A stretch of DNA of 64,000 nucleotides from Patescibacteria group bacterium (GTDB lineage: Bacteria > Patescibacteriota > Microgenomatia > UBA12405). The DNA is taken from positions 250,371-314,370 of the forward strand of contig JBBTXE010000001.1 in the NCBI GenBank assembly GCA_038062455.1, written 5' to 3'. Position 1 is the stretch's first letter, and each line of letters begins with the position of its first letter. Made by a program: the position numbers and the translations under genes. Shown in pieces: positions 27,153 through 35,657 of the stretch. The notes beneath the pieces are model-generated. The model saw only the letters and a program-made list of their open reading frames with translations, did not search any database and was not told the DNA's origin.

Positions 27153-28644
27153 AGTACTTCTCATCAACCCGCCCAACTCTATTCCCCAAAATAGTGATTT
27201 TGTCATCAATATCTTCCAACCGCTGGGCTTGGCCTATGTGGCGGCAATGCTTCAAAAAAATAATATAAATGTTGAAATCCTCGATGCCCTTGCCCTAGGT
27301 TTTGATCAGGAACATCGCCTCGGTAAAAAAAAGCTAATTGGTCTCAATTACCAAAACATCAAGCAAAAAATCCAGGCATCAAACCCGGATATCGTCGGTA
27401 TAGGCACCCCCTTCAGTTTTCAGGCCCTTGAAGCTCACCAAGTCGCTAAAATCGTTAAAGAGGTTAATCCCCGCATTATCGTTGTTGCCGGCGGCTCACA
27501 TGCGACTATTCAACCCGAAGAACTACTGGCTGACAAAAATTTTGACTATCTTGTCAGAGGCGAAGGTGAATACGTCATGCTTGATATCGTCAATAAGCTC
27601 AAAAAAGGTAAAAAAATAGATACCCTGCCTGGTGTATCTTTCTCAAACAAAAATGGCAAAATAACCCACAACCTTCGCCCGCCGCCAATTCTAAAACTCG
27701 ATGATTTACCCTTTCCCGCCAGAAATCTTTTACCTATGGATAAATATTTCGAAGCTGCCAAAACCGGCCGGGTTATTGAAGGGATGCTTGCCTTTGGCCA
27801 GCGGCGAACCGGTCTATTTACCTCCAGAGGCTGCCCATTCTTCTGCACTTTCTGCAGTGTCCACCTGACTATGACCCGAATCTGGCGGGGGAGAAGTCCG
27901 GAATATGTACTGGCCGAAATTAAAGAATGTGTCCAAAAATACGGCATTAAATATTTCGATATTTTAGATGACAATTTTACTCTTGATCCGATCCGGGCTA
28001 AAAAAATATGCCGGCTTATTATTAAATCAAAGCTTAAAATTCAATGGTCAACCCCCAATGGAATTAGGGCCGATAGAGTCGACGAAGAGCTGATTATACT
28101 CATGAAAAAAGCCGGCTGTATTCAAGTCAAGGTGGCTCCCGAATCAGGCAGTCCGGAAGTTTTAGAAAAGATTATTAAAAAACATTTGGATTTAGATAAA
28201 GTAAAAAACGTTGTATCTTTATGCAAAAAACATCATCTGTCAGTTGAAGCTTTTTTTGTGGTCGGTTTTCCCGAGGAAAAATTAAGTGACATAAAGAAAA
28301 CAATCTCTTTTGCCGGGGAACTGCGGCAACTTGGCTGTGATTATTGCTACTTTTTTATCGCCACCCCTTACTATGGTACTGAAATGTATACCGACGCCAT
28401 TGCCAAAGGCTATCTAAATGAATCAAAATACAACCTAAACACCATCATTACTACTTCAAACAAATCACTTATTAAAAGCCCCAATTTTTCTAATAAACAA
28501 CTTTTTGACCTTTTAAAACTTGCCTCTCAAGTAAACCCGCCTCTTACCAAAATCAGATTTGTTTCCGGTTTCAAAATGCTTTTACTCAATCCTAAAAGAA
28601 TTTTTAAGTACTCACTAAATTATCTTAAGAACTTCCTACCTTAA
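27139..28644 (+). CDS. B12-binding-domain radical SAM enzyme (class B-like)
   Basis: KVLLINPPN..PLGLAYVAAML, VVAGGSHAT, CPFFCTFC at 27832-27855, VKVAPESGS. ATG 27139 is preferred over the ORF-track start at 27085. Confidence 0.8.
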   Translation: MKNPKVLLINPPNSIPQNSDFVINIFQPLGLAYVAAMLQKNNINVEILDALALGFDQEHRLGKKKLIGLNYQNIKQKIQASNPDIVGIGTPFSFQALEAHQVAKIVKEVNPRIIVVAGGSHATIQPEELLADKNFDYLVRGEGEYVMLDIVNKLKKGKKIDTLPGVSFSNKNGKITHNLRPPPILKLDDLPFPARNLLPMDKYFEAAKTGRVIEGMLAFGQRRTGLFTSRGCPFFCTFCSVHLTMTRIWRGRSPEYVLAEIKECVQKYGIKYFDILDDNFTLDPIRAKKICRLIIKSKLKIQWSTPNGIRADRVDEELIILMKKAGCIQVKVAPESGSPEVLEKIIKKHLDLDKVKNVVSLCKKHHLSVEAFFVVGFPEEKLSDIKKTISFAGELRQLGCDYCYFFIATPYYGTEMYTDAIAKGYLNESKYNLNTIITTSNKSLIKSPNFSNKQLFDLLKLASQVNPPLTKIRFVSGFKMLLLNPKRIFKYSLNYLKNFLP

Positions 28645-30349
28645 CTCCCTCCAATTCAATCAAAGCATTTCGGGCCAGTGAATAATTCGGAAAACGACTG
28701 ATGGTTGTTTTTAACACCCCTTTCGCCTCCTCAATCCTGCCAAGTTGGGCATAAACCACCGCTAAAATATATAATGTTTGGGGATTATTCGGATCCAATT
28801 CAACCGACTTGTTAATATGCTGCAACGCCAAATCATATTTTTTTTCATTTAAATCAATTTGAACCAAACTAATATAGGTTTGGATCAAACCCGGATTAAA
28901 ACGCAGTGCCGTCTCATAGCTTTCTCTACCCAAGTCAAGTCTTCCTGTTTTAAAAAATATGTTGGCCCGATTGTGATAAGCATCGGCATAATTAGGTTTT
29001 ACGATCGTTGATTGAGTAAATCCTTTGATGGCGCTGGCATAATCTTTTAATTTATCGTAATCATCGCCGATATTATTCCAGGCATTATGACTATTTGGCG
29101 AGACCTGGCAGGTATTTACCCACAACAAATGGTTTGTCGACCAGTCAATATTTCTAAAATATATTCTTAAAGCATAAACCGACACCAATCCCGCCGCCAA
29201 CACCACCGGAAGTATCTTTAGCCTTTTATACATTACCCCAATAATTAAACTTAAAAATATTGCCAACCCCAGAGACCCTAAATAGGCATATCTCTCCGCC
29301 ACCAGCCAACTTACCTTTAGCGGTGCCATCGACGGTAAAGTCGCCGCCATAAATAAAAATAAAGCAAAAAACCACAACTTATCTTTAAACCAAAATCGAA
29401 CCATTAGGGCCAAATATACCAACAAAACTGCCCAATTTAACCAACCGGGTAAAACGTACATGGTGTGATATAAAGTCAGGTCAGTCGGTACCAAAATAAG
29501 CTGCAAATATTTTGTTACCGCAATTGGATACTGAAAAGTCGGCGGGTAGAAAATACTTCCCGACTCATTAATTCCTGAATTAACAACACTTACCCGGCTT
29601 TTTATATAAGGAAAAGCGATAATAAAAAAGATAACCAATATTGGCAGCAACCACTTCCACATGCTTTTGGCAAAACCGGATATTAGTTTCCATGGGTACA
29701 AAGCCAACAATCCCGGAATTATTAAAAATACCGCAAAAGGACGTGGTCTATCCGTCAAAAAAGCTAGAACAAATGCTAAAATAAACACTAACCCGTATTT
29801 TAACTTTCGGGTCTTTAATAAATAAATAAAAGAAATCAAAACTACCAATATATAATTTGAAATAATTAAATAAATTTTTCCCGCATTCCAGGAAACAGCT
29901 TCTACATGAATTGGCATAAAAGCAAATATTAAAGTTGTCAAAATTGTTAATTTCCCCCGACCGGTAATCAAATATACAAACCAAAAAACTAAAAAAATCG
30001 ACACCAAATAAGTCAACAAACTAAAAACATGGTAAGGAACCGGTGATACCACCCCAAAAATATTTGCCAAAATATAATTTGAAATATTCATACTATTAAA
30101 CATGTTTCCCGGAGTCAGCACCGAGGCTCTAAAATCGGCTACCAGCGGATTTTGGGGTACAGTGGCATAATCATCTGACACAAAATCACCTCTAAGACCG
30201 TTTCCAAACACCACTACTACCCCCAGACCAATTAAAAACAGTGCCCAATAAAACTTTTTAAAAAAAATTTTAAACTCAGGCACTACCATACTTTCCTCCG
30301 GCGTTAAAGACAACATTTTTTTTATTCTTTTTATCTTTTTTTGAGACAT
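28625..30349 (-). CDS. TMTC-like membrane protein: polytopic GT-C-type N-terminal domain fused to C-terminal TPR repeats
   Basis: 574 aa. Loop motif FVSDDYATVPQNP after TM1, about 10 TM segments, then about 4 TPR-like units (AWNNIGDDY.., AYHNRANIF.., YISLVQIDL.., LYILAVVYA..). Confidence 0.65.
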   Translation of the reverse strand: MSQKKIKRIKKMLSLTPEESMVVPEFKIFFKKFYWALFLIGLGVVVVFGNGLRGDFVSDDYATVPQNPLVADFRASVLTPGNMFNSMNISNYILANIFGVVSPVPYHVFSLLTYLVSIFLVFWFVYLITGRGKLTILTTLIFAFMPIHVEAVSWNAGKIYLIISNYILVVLISFIYLLKTRKLKYGLVFILAFVLAFLTDRPRPFAVFLIIPGLLALYPWKLISGFAKSMWKWLLPILVIFFIIAFPYIKSRVSVVNSGINESGSIFYPPTFQYPIAVTKYLQLILVPTDLTLYHTMYVLPGWLNWAVLLVYLALMVRFWFKDKLWFFALFLFMAATLPSMAPLKVSWLVAERYAYLGSLGLAIFLSLIIGVMYKRLKILPVVLAAGLVSVYALRIYFRNIDWSTNHLLWVNTCQVSPNSHNAWNNIGDDYDKLKDYASAIKGFTQSTIVKPNYADAYHNRANIFFKTGRLDLGRESYETALRFNPGLIQTYISLVQIDLNEKKYDLALQHINKSVELDPNNPQTLYILAVVYAQLGRIEEAKGVLKTTISRFPNYSLARNALIELEGVKVGSS

Positions 30350-31317
30350 AAATCCATTCTAGCAAAAAAATTAGCCATCTTTACTTCGCTGTGACGAATC
30401 CGCAAATATTTTTTATCAATCACCGCAATATCTTCAATCAAAACATTTTTTATTCCATTTTCTTTATACCTGATCGGCCTTGAATGTTCCAAACTATACG
30501 ATTTAAACACATTCTTCAATATTTTTTGGTCTAATTTACTAAAATCGGGCATCAACACTAAATCAAAATCACTTCCTATATATTTTTTGAAAGTTTTAGA
30601 GTATTCAATTTGACTAAACAATCTATTTTCATTGGCCACCGACATTATATTAGTCATCAACAGCTTAACTGCTTTAGTTTTTTCCAATTTTTCCTTCATT
30701 CCCAATGGTAATAGATTAATAATCACCGACCCATACATACTACCCGGGCAAAAAATAATCAATTTGGCTCCACCAATTGCTGAAAGCGCCTCCGGATTTG
30801 TCGTTACTTTTTTTGATAACCATATTCTTTTAACCCGATCAAATGACATTCTCATATCATCAAGATGATGTTCGCCATTATATTTTTTATTACTTTCTGT
30901 CTCAAAACATAATTCAGCCGGTTCAAGTGATACCGGAATTACCTCACCCCTTAAATCAGCGCCGGTTAAATCCTTAAACAATTTCTCAACATCGGTTATA
31001 TTTTTTGCTTTTTCAGCCAAAAATTGAAAAAAACTATTACCAAAATTTCTCCCTCGGCCATCTCTGAATCTTAAAACTTCCCCCCAAACCTGTTTTTGCC
31101 TACCGTCACTCCACAAAGAAATTAAAGCCCGCCAATAATCAGAAAAAGCCAGTACCTTCCCTCTCTCATCTGTCCGGATTCTGCCGGTGTCGCCACCACT
31201 GTCAAAAGTAGTTACGATTGACTTTATGTTGATAAAACCAGCCTTTATTAATGACCTATTGATAATCGGCATTCCGGTTCCGCCGCCGATAGTACAAATT
31301 AGGTCATTATTTTTCAC
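30331..31317 (-). CDS. CofD/YvcK-family protein (2-phospho-L-lactate transferase-like, UPF0052)
   Basis: 328 aa with a GTG start. TIGGGTGMP and TTFDSGGDTGRIR blocks typical of the YvcK/CofD family. 19-nt overlap with the TMTC-like gene. Confidence 0.7.
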   Translation of the reverse strand: MKNNDLICTIGGGTGMPIINRSLIKAGFINIKSIVTTFDSGGDTGRIRTDERGKVLAFSDYWRALISLWSDGRQKQVWGEVLRFRDGRGRNFGNSFFQFLAEKAKNITDVEKLFKDLTGADLRGEVIPVSLEPAELCFETESNKKYNGEHHLDDMRMSFDRVKRIWLSKKVTTNPEALSAIGGAKLIIFCPGSMYGSVIINLLPLGMKEKLEKTKAVKLLMTNIMSVANENRLFSQIEYSKTFKKYIGSDFDLVLMPDFSKLDQKILKNVFKSYSLEHSRPIRYKENGIKNVLIEDIAVIDKKYLRIRHSEVKMANFFARMDLCLKKR

Positions 31318-31323
31318 TTACAA

Positions 31324-31329
31324 ATTATA
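31324..31329 (-). promoter_or_regulatory. Consensus -10 box TATAAT exactly 6 nt upstream of GTG 31317
   Basis: The complement of attata at 31324-31329 occupies -12..-7 of the start codon. No Shine-Dalgarno sequence. Confidence 0.5.
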
Positions 31330-31357
31330 CCCTACCGCTAAAAGCAAAATTTTATAC

Positions 31358-31363
31358 TATAAT
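31358..31363 (+). promoter_or_regulatory. Consensus -10 box TATAAT exactly 6 nt upstream of GTG 31370
   Basis: tataat at -12..-7 of the in-frame GTG that gives a normal-length Wzm N-terminus. No Shine-Dalgarno sequence. Confidence 0.5.
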
Positions 31364-31369
31364 CAATCT

Positions 31370-32170
31370 GTGTTGCTCCTACTTCAGGAAATAAAATCGA
31401 TTATTCTCCGACGGGAATTACTTTGGCAAATGGTCGGGCGCGAAGTCAAGGCCCGTTACAAACAATCCATTCTTGGATTTTTCTGGGTGATTCTAAACCC
31501 ACTGGCTCAAATGTTAGTCATGAGTTTTGCTTTTTCCATTATTCTACGCATTCCCACCAATGCCGCCTCAAACATTCCCTATTCAATTTTTCTCTTTGTC
31601 GCCCTCCTTCCTTGGAATCTCTTTGCCAATTCCCTCTCTTTCTCTGCCGGATCTCTAGTAAGCTCCGGCCCGTTAATCACTAAAATATATTTCCCCAGAA
31701 CTATTTTAGTCCTATCGACCATTATCGCTAAAATCATCGATTTTGGTTTTGCTCTTATAATTCTGGTTATATTTATGGTTGCCTACCAAATCCCCATAAC
31801 CATAAATATTCTTTGGGTTCTACCCCTCTTTTTTATCCAACAAATTTTTACACTTGGGTTATCTCTCTTTTTTGCCGCCGCCAATCTTCTCTACCGCGAT
31901 ATCCAATATCTTTTAAACATGGTTTTACTTTTATGGATGTATGCTACTCCGGTTTTTTACCCCGCCGATTTAGTTCCGGATAAATATCGTCTGATCTTTC
32001 AGCTAAACCCCATGTCCGTTATTATCAACGCCTATCGTCAGGTAATCTTGGGGGGAGGGGAGCCCAAATACAGTAGTATCATCGTTGCTTTTACTCTTTC
32101 CCTTATTGTCCTACTTCTTGGCTTTTCCTACTTTAAATCCCGGGAAAAAATCTTCGCCGACAATATCTAA
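31370..32170 (+). CDS. ABC-2 type polysaccharide exporter permease (Wzm/TagG type)
   Basis: RELLWQMVGREVKARYKQSILGFFWVILNPL signature and about 6 TM helices. The ORF-track start at 31187 overlaps the divergent gene; GTG 31370 (or TTG 31373) is preferred. Confidence 0.8.
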   Translation: MLLLLQEIKSIILRRELLWQMVGREVKARYKQSILGFFWVILNPLAQMLVMSFAFSIILRIPTNAASNIPYSIFLFVALLPWNLFANSLSFSAGSLVSSGPLITKIYFPRTILVLSTIIAKIIDFGFALIILVIFMVAYQIPITINILWVLPLFFIQQIFTLGLSLFFAAANLLYRDIQYLLNMVLLLWMYATPVFYPADLVPDKYRLIFQLNPMSVIINAYRQVILGGGEPKYSSIIVAFTLSLIVLLLGFSYFKSREKIFADNI

Positions 32171-32369
32171 AAAAATCCTCCGAAACATAACTATTATGTC
32201 AAAAGATACCACTAAAAAACCCACTACATACGCTTTTATCGATAGTCAGAGTAGACTTACTGAGAAATTCTTTAGAAAAGAAAAAGACCAAGATCAGCGT
32301 TCGGTCGAAACCTTAGGCTGCTTAGCTTGGTCATCGTGATAAATTATATTATATAAAACAAACCCCACT

Positions 32370-33104
32370 ATGTCAACCGACTCCATCATAAAATTTGACC
32401 ATGTTACCAAACGTTTTTCCCGAAACTATCACAAAACCTTTAAAGAGTTTCTCCCCGCCCTAATCAAAGGCGAAGATATAGTCAACACTTTTATTGCCCT
32501 TAATGACATTAGCTTTGAAATTAAACGCGGCGAAGTAATTGGTATCATTGGTCCCAATGGATCAGGTAAATCAACTATTCTCAAGCTTATTGCCGGAGTC
32601 ATGTCACCCACTTCCGGCTCAATTACCGTCACCGGTAAAGTATCACCTCTCATTGAATTGGGCGCCGGTATGCATCCCGAGCTTACCGGCCGGGAAAATG
32701 TTTTTTTAAATGGCTCTATTCTTGGCCTTAAACAAAAAGAAATCAACCAAAACTTTTCAAGTATCGTCAAATTTTCAGAACTTTCCGAATTTATTGACAC
32801 CCCCGTAAAACATTATTCCTCGGGTATGTACATGCGCCTGGCCTTTGCCATTGCCGTCCATGTTAACCCGGAAATTCTTTTAGTCGACGAAATTTTAGCT
32901 GTTGGCGACACCGCCTTTCAGGCCAAATGCTTTAAAAAAATGGAAGAATTTAAAAAAGACAAAAACATTACTATAATCCTGGTATCTCACAGCTTAAAAC
33001 AAATTGAAGAATTTTGCCAAAAAACAATTCTCCTATCCCATTCTCATCTTATTGACTATGGCAATTCCAAAACTATTGTAAAACAATATACAAAAACTCA
33101 GTGA
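32370..33104 (+). CDS. ABC polysaccharide exporter ATP-binding protein (Wzt/TagH type, short form without a C-terminal binding domain)
   Basis: 244 aa. Walker A GPNGSGKST, signature-like YSSGMYMRLAFA, Walker B LLVDEILAVGD. Confidence 0.85.
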   Translation: MSTDSIIKFDHVTKRFSRNYHKTFKEFLPALIKGEDIVNTFIALNDISFEIKRGEVIGIIGPNGSGKSTILKLIAGVMSPTSGSITVTGKVSPLIELGAGMHPELTGRENVFLNGSILGLKQKEINQNFSSIVKFSELSEFIDTPVKHYSSGMYMRLAFAIAVHVNPEILLVDEILAVGDTAFQAKCFKKMEEFKKDKNITIILVSHSLKQIEEFCQKTILLSHSHLIDYGNSKTIVKQYTKTQ

Positions 33105-33153
33105 ACATTCTTCTATCAACTCACCACTTTCTCGGATACACCGGCAATGAATT

Positions 33154-34560
33154 ATGAAAAATATTCGTCGCTTTTCTAGAATTTTACTTATCAATCTTCC
33201 GAGTACAATCCAGGACGGATACAAACCCAGCCCTTTGGGTATTCTTTACCTGGCTTCGTACCTCCGCCAGAATGTCCCTCACATAAAAGTTAATGTTGTT
33301 GATGGTGCCCTTCTCGGATCTGCCGCCATTTATCGAAAAGTAAAAAAATTTCACCCCGACCTCACCGGTCTTTCCGTCATGACTCCCGGCCGCATCGAAG
33401 CCGTCGACATCGCCAAAAAAATAAAAAAAATTTTACCCCACTGCCGCATTGTCCTCGGCGGCATCCATCCCACTATTATGTGGCAACAAATGATGCAACA
33501 CTACTCAATCATTGACTACATTATCAAAGGGGAAGGTGAAATCACTCTATCCGAACTCGTCCAAAATAGTTCCCTACCACAAATCAAAGGTTTGGTTTGG
33601 CGTAAGTCATTTCAAATTATCAACAATCCATCTCAACTATTGATTCAACACCTCGATCAAATTCCCTTCCCCGCCTGGGACCTGATTGACCTCCAGCAAT
33701 ATCCTCCTCGAGGCCAAGGTGTCTTTAACGGCATCAATCTTGAAAAAGAAATCCGAGTTCCTATTATTTTTTCCCGTGGCTGTATGGGTGCCTGCACCTT
33801 TTGCTCCACCTGGAAAATTTGGCGAGGTTATCGTTATCGCAGCGGTAAAAATGTCGCTCGAGAAATCTCTCTTTTAGTCCGAAAATATCACGCCAAACAC
33901 TTCGTTTTTCAAGACGATACTCTCACGGGTAATCGCCAAGAAATGGTTGATTTCTGCCAACAAATCATAAAACGTAAACTAAAAATCGCTATAATTGGCT
34001 GTACCCGAGTCGACCACGTCGACCTCCCCCTTCTAAAACTTATGAAAAAGGCGGGCTTTTATGAACTTAGTTTTGGCATCGAATCCGGCTCACCCGATAT
34101 GCTTAAAAAAATAAATAAAAAGACCAATATCAATGAAATCATCACCGCCGCCCAAAACACTAAAAAAGCTGGCATTAAATTCACTGCTCTGATGATGAGT
34201 AACCTCCCCACCGAAACAGAAAAAGACAAACAACTTAGTCAAAAACTGCTCGACCAACTCCAACCAGACAACTGGAGCACCTTAGGCAATGTTTGGATTT
34301 TCCCCGGCACCGCCCTCTTCCAACAGGCTAAAAGCGCCAAAATAATTACCGATTCTTTCTGGCTAAGCCGTCGACCCTACTACATTTATCGCGGAGGTAT
34401 CGGCCATGACCCCATCCAATACGAACAATTGATTGACGACTGGTATCAGTCATATCAAAGCACCTTCTGGGGAAGAATATTTTATCGTTTCCTCTCCCTT
34501 TGCAACCAAAAAATGAAATATATAAGCTATAATAGCCTCAGACTACTTCTATCCATCTAA
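33154..34560 (+). CDS. B12-binding-domain radical SAM enzyme (class B-like)
   Basis: 468 aa. ILLINLPS..PLGILYLASYL, VLGGIHPT, CMGACTFC at 33781-33804, LSFGIESGS. Confidence 0.8.
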   Translation: MKNIRRFSRILLINLPSTIQDGYKPSPLGILYLASYLRQNVPHIKVNVVDGALLGSAAIYRKVKKFHPDLTGLSVMTPGRIEAVDIAKKIKKILPHCRIVLGGIHPTIMWQQMMQHYSIIDYIIKGEGEITLSELVQNSSLPQIKGLVWRKSFQIINNPSQLLIQHLDQIPFPAWDLIDLQQYPPRGQGVFNGINLEKEIRVPIIFSRGCMGACTFCSTWKIWRGYRYRSGKNVAREISLLVRKYHAKHFVFQDDTLTGNRQEMVDFCQQIIKRKLKIAIIGCTRVDHVDLPLLKLMKKAGFYELSFGIESGSPDMLKKINKKTNINEIITAAQNTKKAGIKFTALMMSNLPTETEKDKQLSQKLLDQLQPDNWSTLGNVWIFPGTALFQQAKSAKIITDSFWLSRRPYYIYRGGIGHDPIQYEQLIDDWYQSYQSTFWGRIFYRFLSLCNQKMKYISYNSLRLLLSI

Positions 34561-34562
34561 CT

Positions 34563-35657
34563 ATGATTTATGATTGTTTTACCTTTTTCAACGAACTCGA
34601 CCTGCTCGATCTCCGACTACACGAACTCAACGACACCATTGACTATTTCGTCCTGGTAGAAAGCCGCTACACTTTTACCAACCAACGAAAACCCCTATAT
34701 TTCGAACAAAATAAAAATATGTTTCAAAAATTTCTCCCCCAAATTATCCATGTCATCATCGATAATTTTGACCAGACCGAAGACATTAAAAACACTCCAT
34801 TTTACCAACAGGCTAAAGACACCGTTGATCAAAATATAGATACCTGGAAACGTGAGGTCCAATCCCGAAATGCCATCCTCCGTGGCCTAACCCAATGCCA
34901 AGACAACGACATTATTATCATTAGCGATCTCGACGAAATCCCCAACAAAGACAAAATTAAACTATTAAAGAAATTTACCGGTATTAAAGCCTTTGAACAA
35001 AAAAACTACTACTATTTTTTTAATTGCCAAAGCGATCAGTCTATTTATTGCTGCCGTGCCATCCTTAAAAAAAATCTAATCAGTCCACAAGAGGTTCGCT
35101 TTTCCCCCAATTATCAAATCATCAAAAACGGCGGTTGGCATTTTTCCTTTCTCGGCGGTCTAAACAAGATCGGCCAAAAAATCAGCTCCTTCAGCCATCA
35201 GGAACTAAACAACCCCTACTTTACCAATAAAAAGCGACTGCTTTTCAATATCAACAACCAACTCGACATTTTCGACCGTCCAATTAGATTCAAAATCAAC
35301 TCCGGTCTCGATCATCTCCCCACCTACATCCAAAAACACCCAAAAAAATTCCAAAAATACTTTTTTAAGAAAGCTGCTTCCAAAGACACTAATACCCGCT
35401 GGCTAATTCAAGAAATCCAACGTCTTCGCCAAAAAATCATGGAGAATCACCCTGATCAAATCATCACACTTAAAACAAAAATCATTTCACTTAAAGCAGA
35501 AAATCTCCGTCTTCTTCTCCGCTTGGCTGAAATAAAAAACTCCAAAATTTTAATTGAGGAAGAATTGGCTGAAATAAAAAACTCAATCCTTTTTAAACTC
35601 TGGCCGTTGTATAATTTAATCAAAAATATACTCAAAAATGAAAAAAAACAATCCTGA
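34563..35657 (+). CDS. GT17-like glycosyltransferase with a C-terminal coiled coil
   Basis: 364 aa. The N-terminus MIYDCFTFFNELDLLDLRLHELNDTIDYFVLVESRYTFTNQRKPLYF matches the Glyco_transf_17 pattern as I recall it. The last roughly 75 aa are heptad-like. Confidence 0.65.
   Translation: MIYDCFTFFNELDLLDLRLHELNDTIDYFVLVESRYTFTNQRKPLYFEQNKNMFQKFLPQIIHVIIDNFDQTEDIKNTPFYQQAKDTVDQNIDTWKREVQSRNAILRGLTQCQDNDIIIISDLDEIPNKDKIKLLKKFTGIKAFEQKNYYYFFNCQSDQSIYCCRAILKKNLISPQEVRFSPNYQIIKNGGWHFSFLGGLNKIGQKISSFSHQELNNPYFTNKKRLLFNINNQLDIFDRPIRFKINSGLDHLPTYIQKHPKKFQKYFFKKAASKDTNTRWLIQEIQRLRQKIMENHPDQIITLKTKIISLKAENLRLLLRLAEIKNSKILIEEELAEIKNSILFKLWPLYNLIKNILKNEKKQS
35523..35584 (+). repeat. 20-nt perfect direct repeat, 42 nt apart, in frame
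   Basis: ttggctgaaataaaaaactc at 35523-35542 and 35565-35584. Encodes LAEIKNS twice in the coiled-coil tail. Confidence 0.8.

Noticed and set aside
31187-31369. N-terminal extension of the ABC-2 permease ORF back to 31187
   Set aside because: The extension overlaps the divergent CofD-like gene by 131 nt and adds non-Wzm sequence. GTG 31370, with TATAAT 6 nt upstream, gives a normal N-terminus.
31318-31369. The TATA-like boxes as archaeal TATA/BRE promoters
   Set aside because: The hexamers sit at -12..-7 of the start codon, not about -26 from a transcription start. The protein families present (YvcK, DUF192, Wzm/Wzt, Fic, GalE/Ugd) are typically bacterial.
32280-32340. tRNA-like fragment (gcgttcggtcgaaacc resembles a T-arm) in the Wzm-Wzt spacer
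   Set aside because: I could not build an acceptor stem, anticodon arm or proper GTTCRANYC loop, so it is not a tRNA.
34528-34533. TATAAT inside the end of the radical SAM gene, 30 nt upstream of the GT17 ATG, as an internal promoter
   Set aside because: It is a single hexamer inside AT-rich coding sequence without the N6 geometry seen elsewhere, so it cannot be distinguished from chance.
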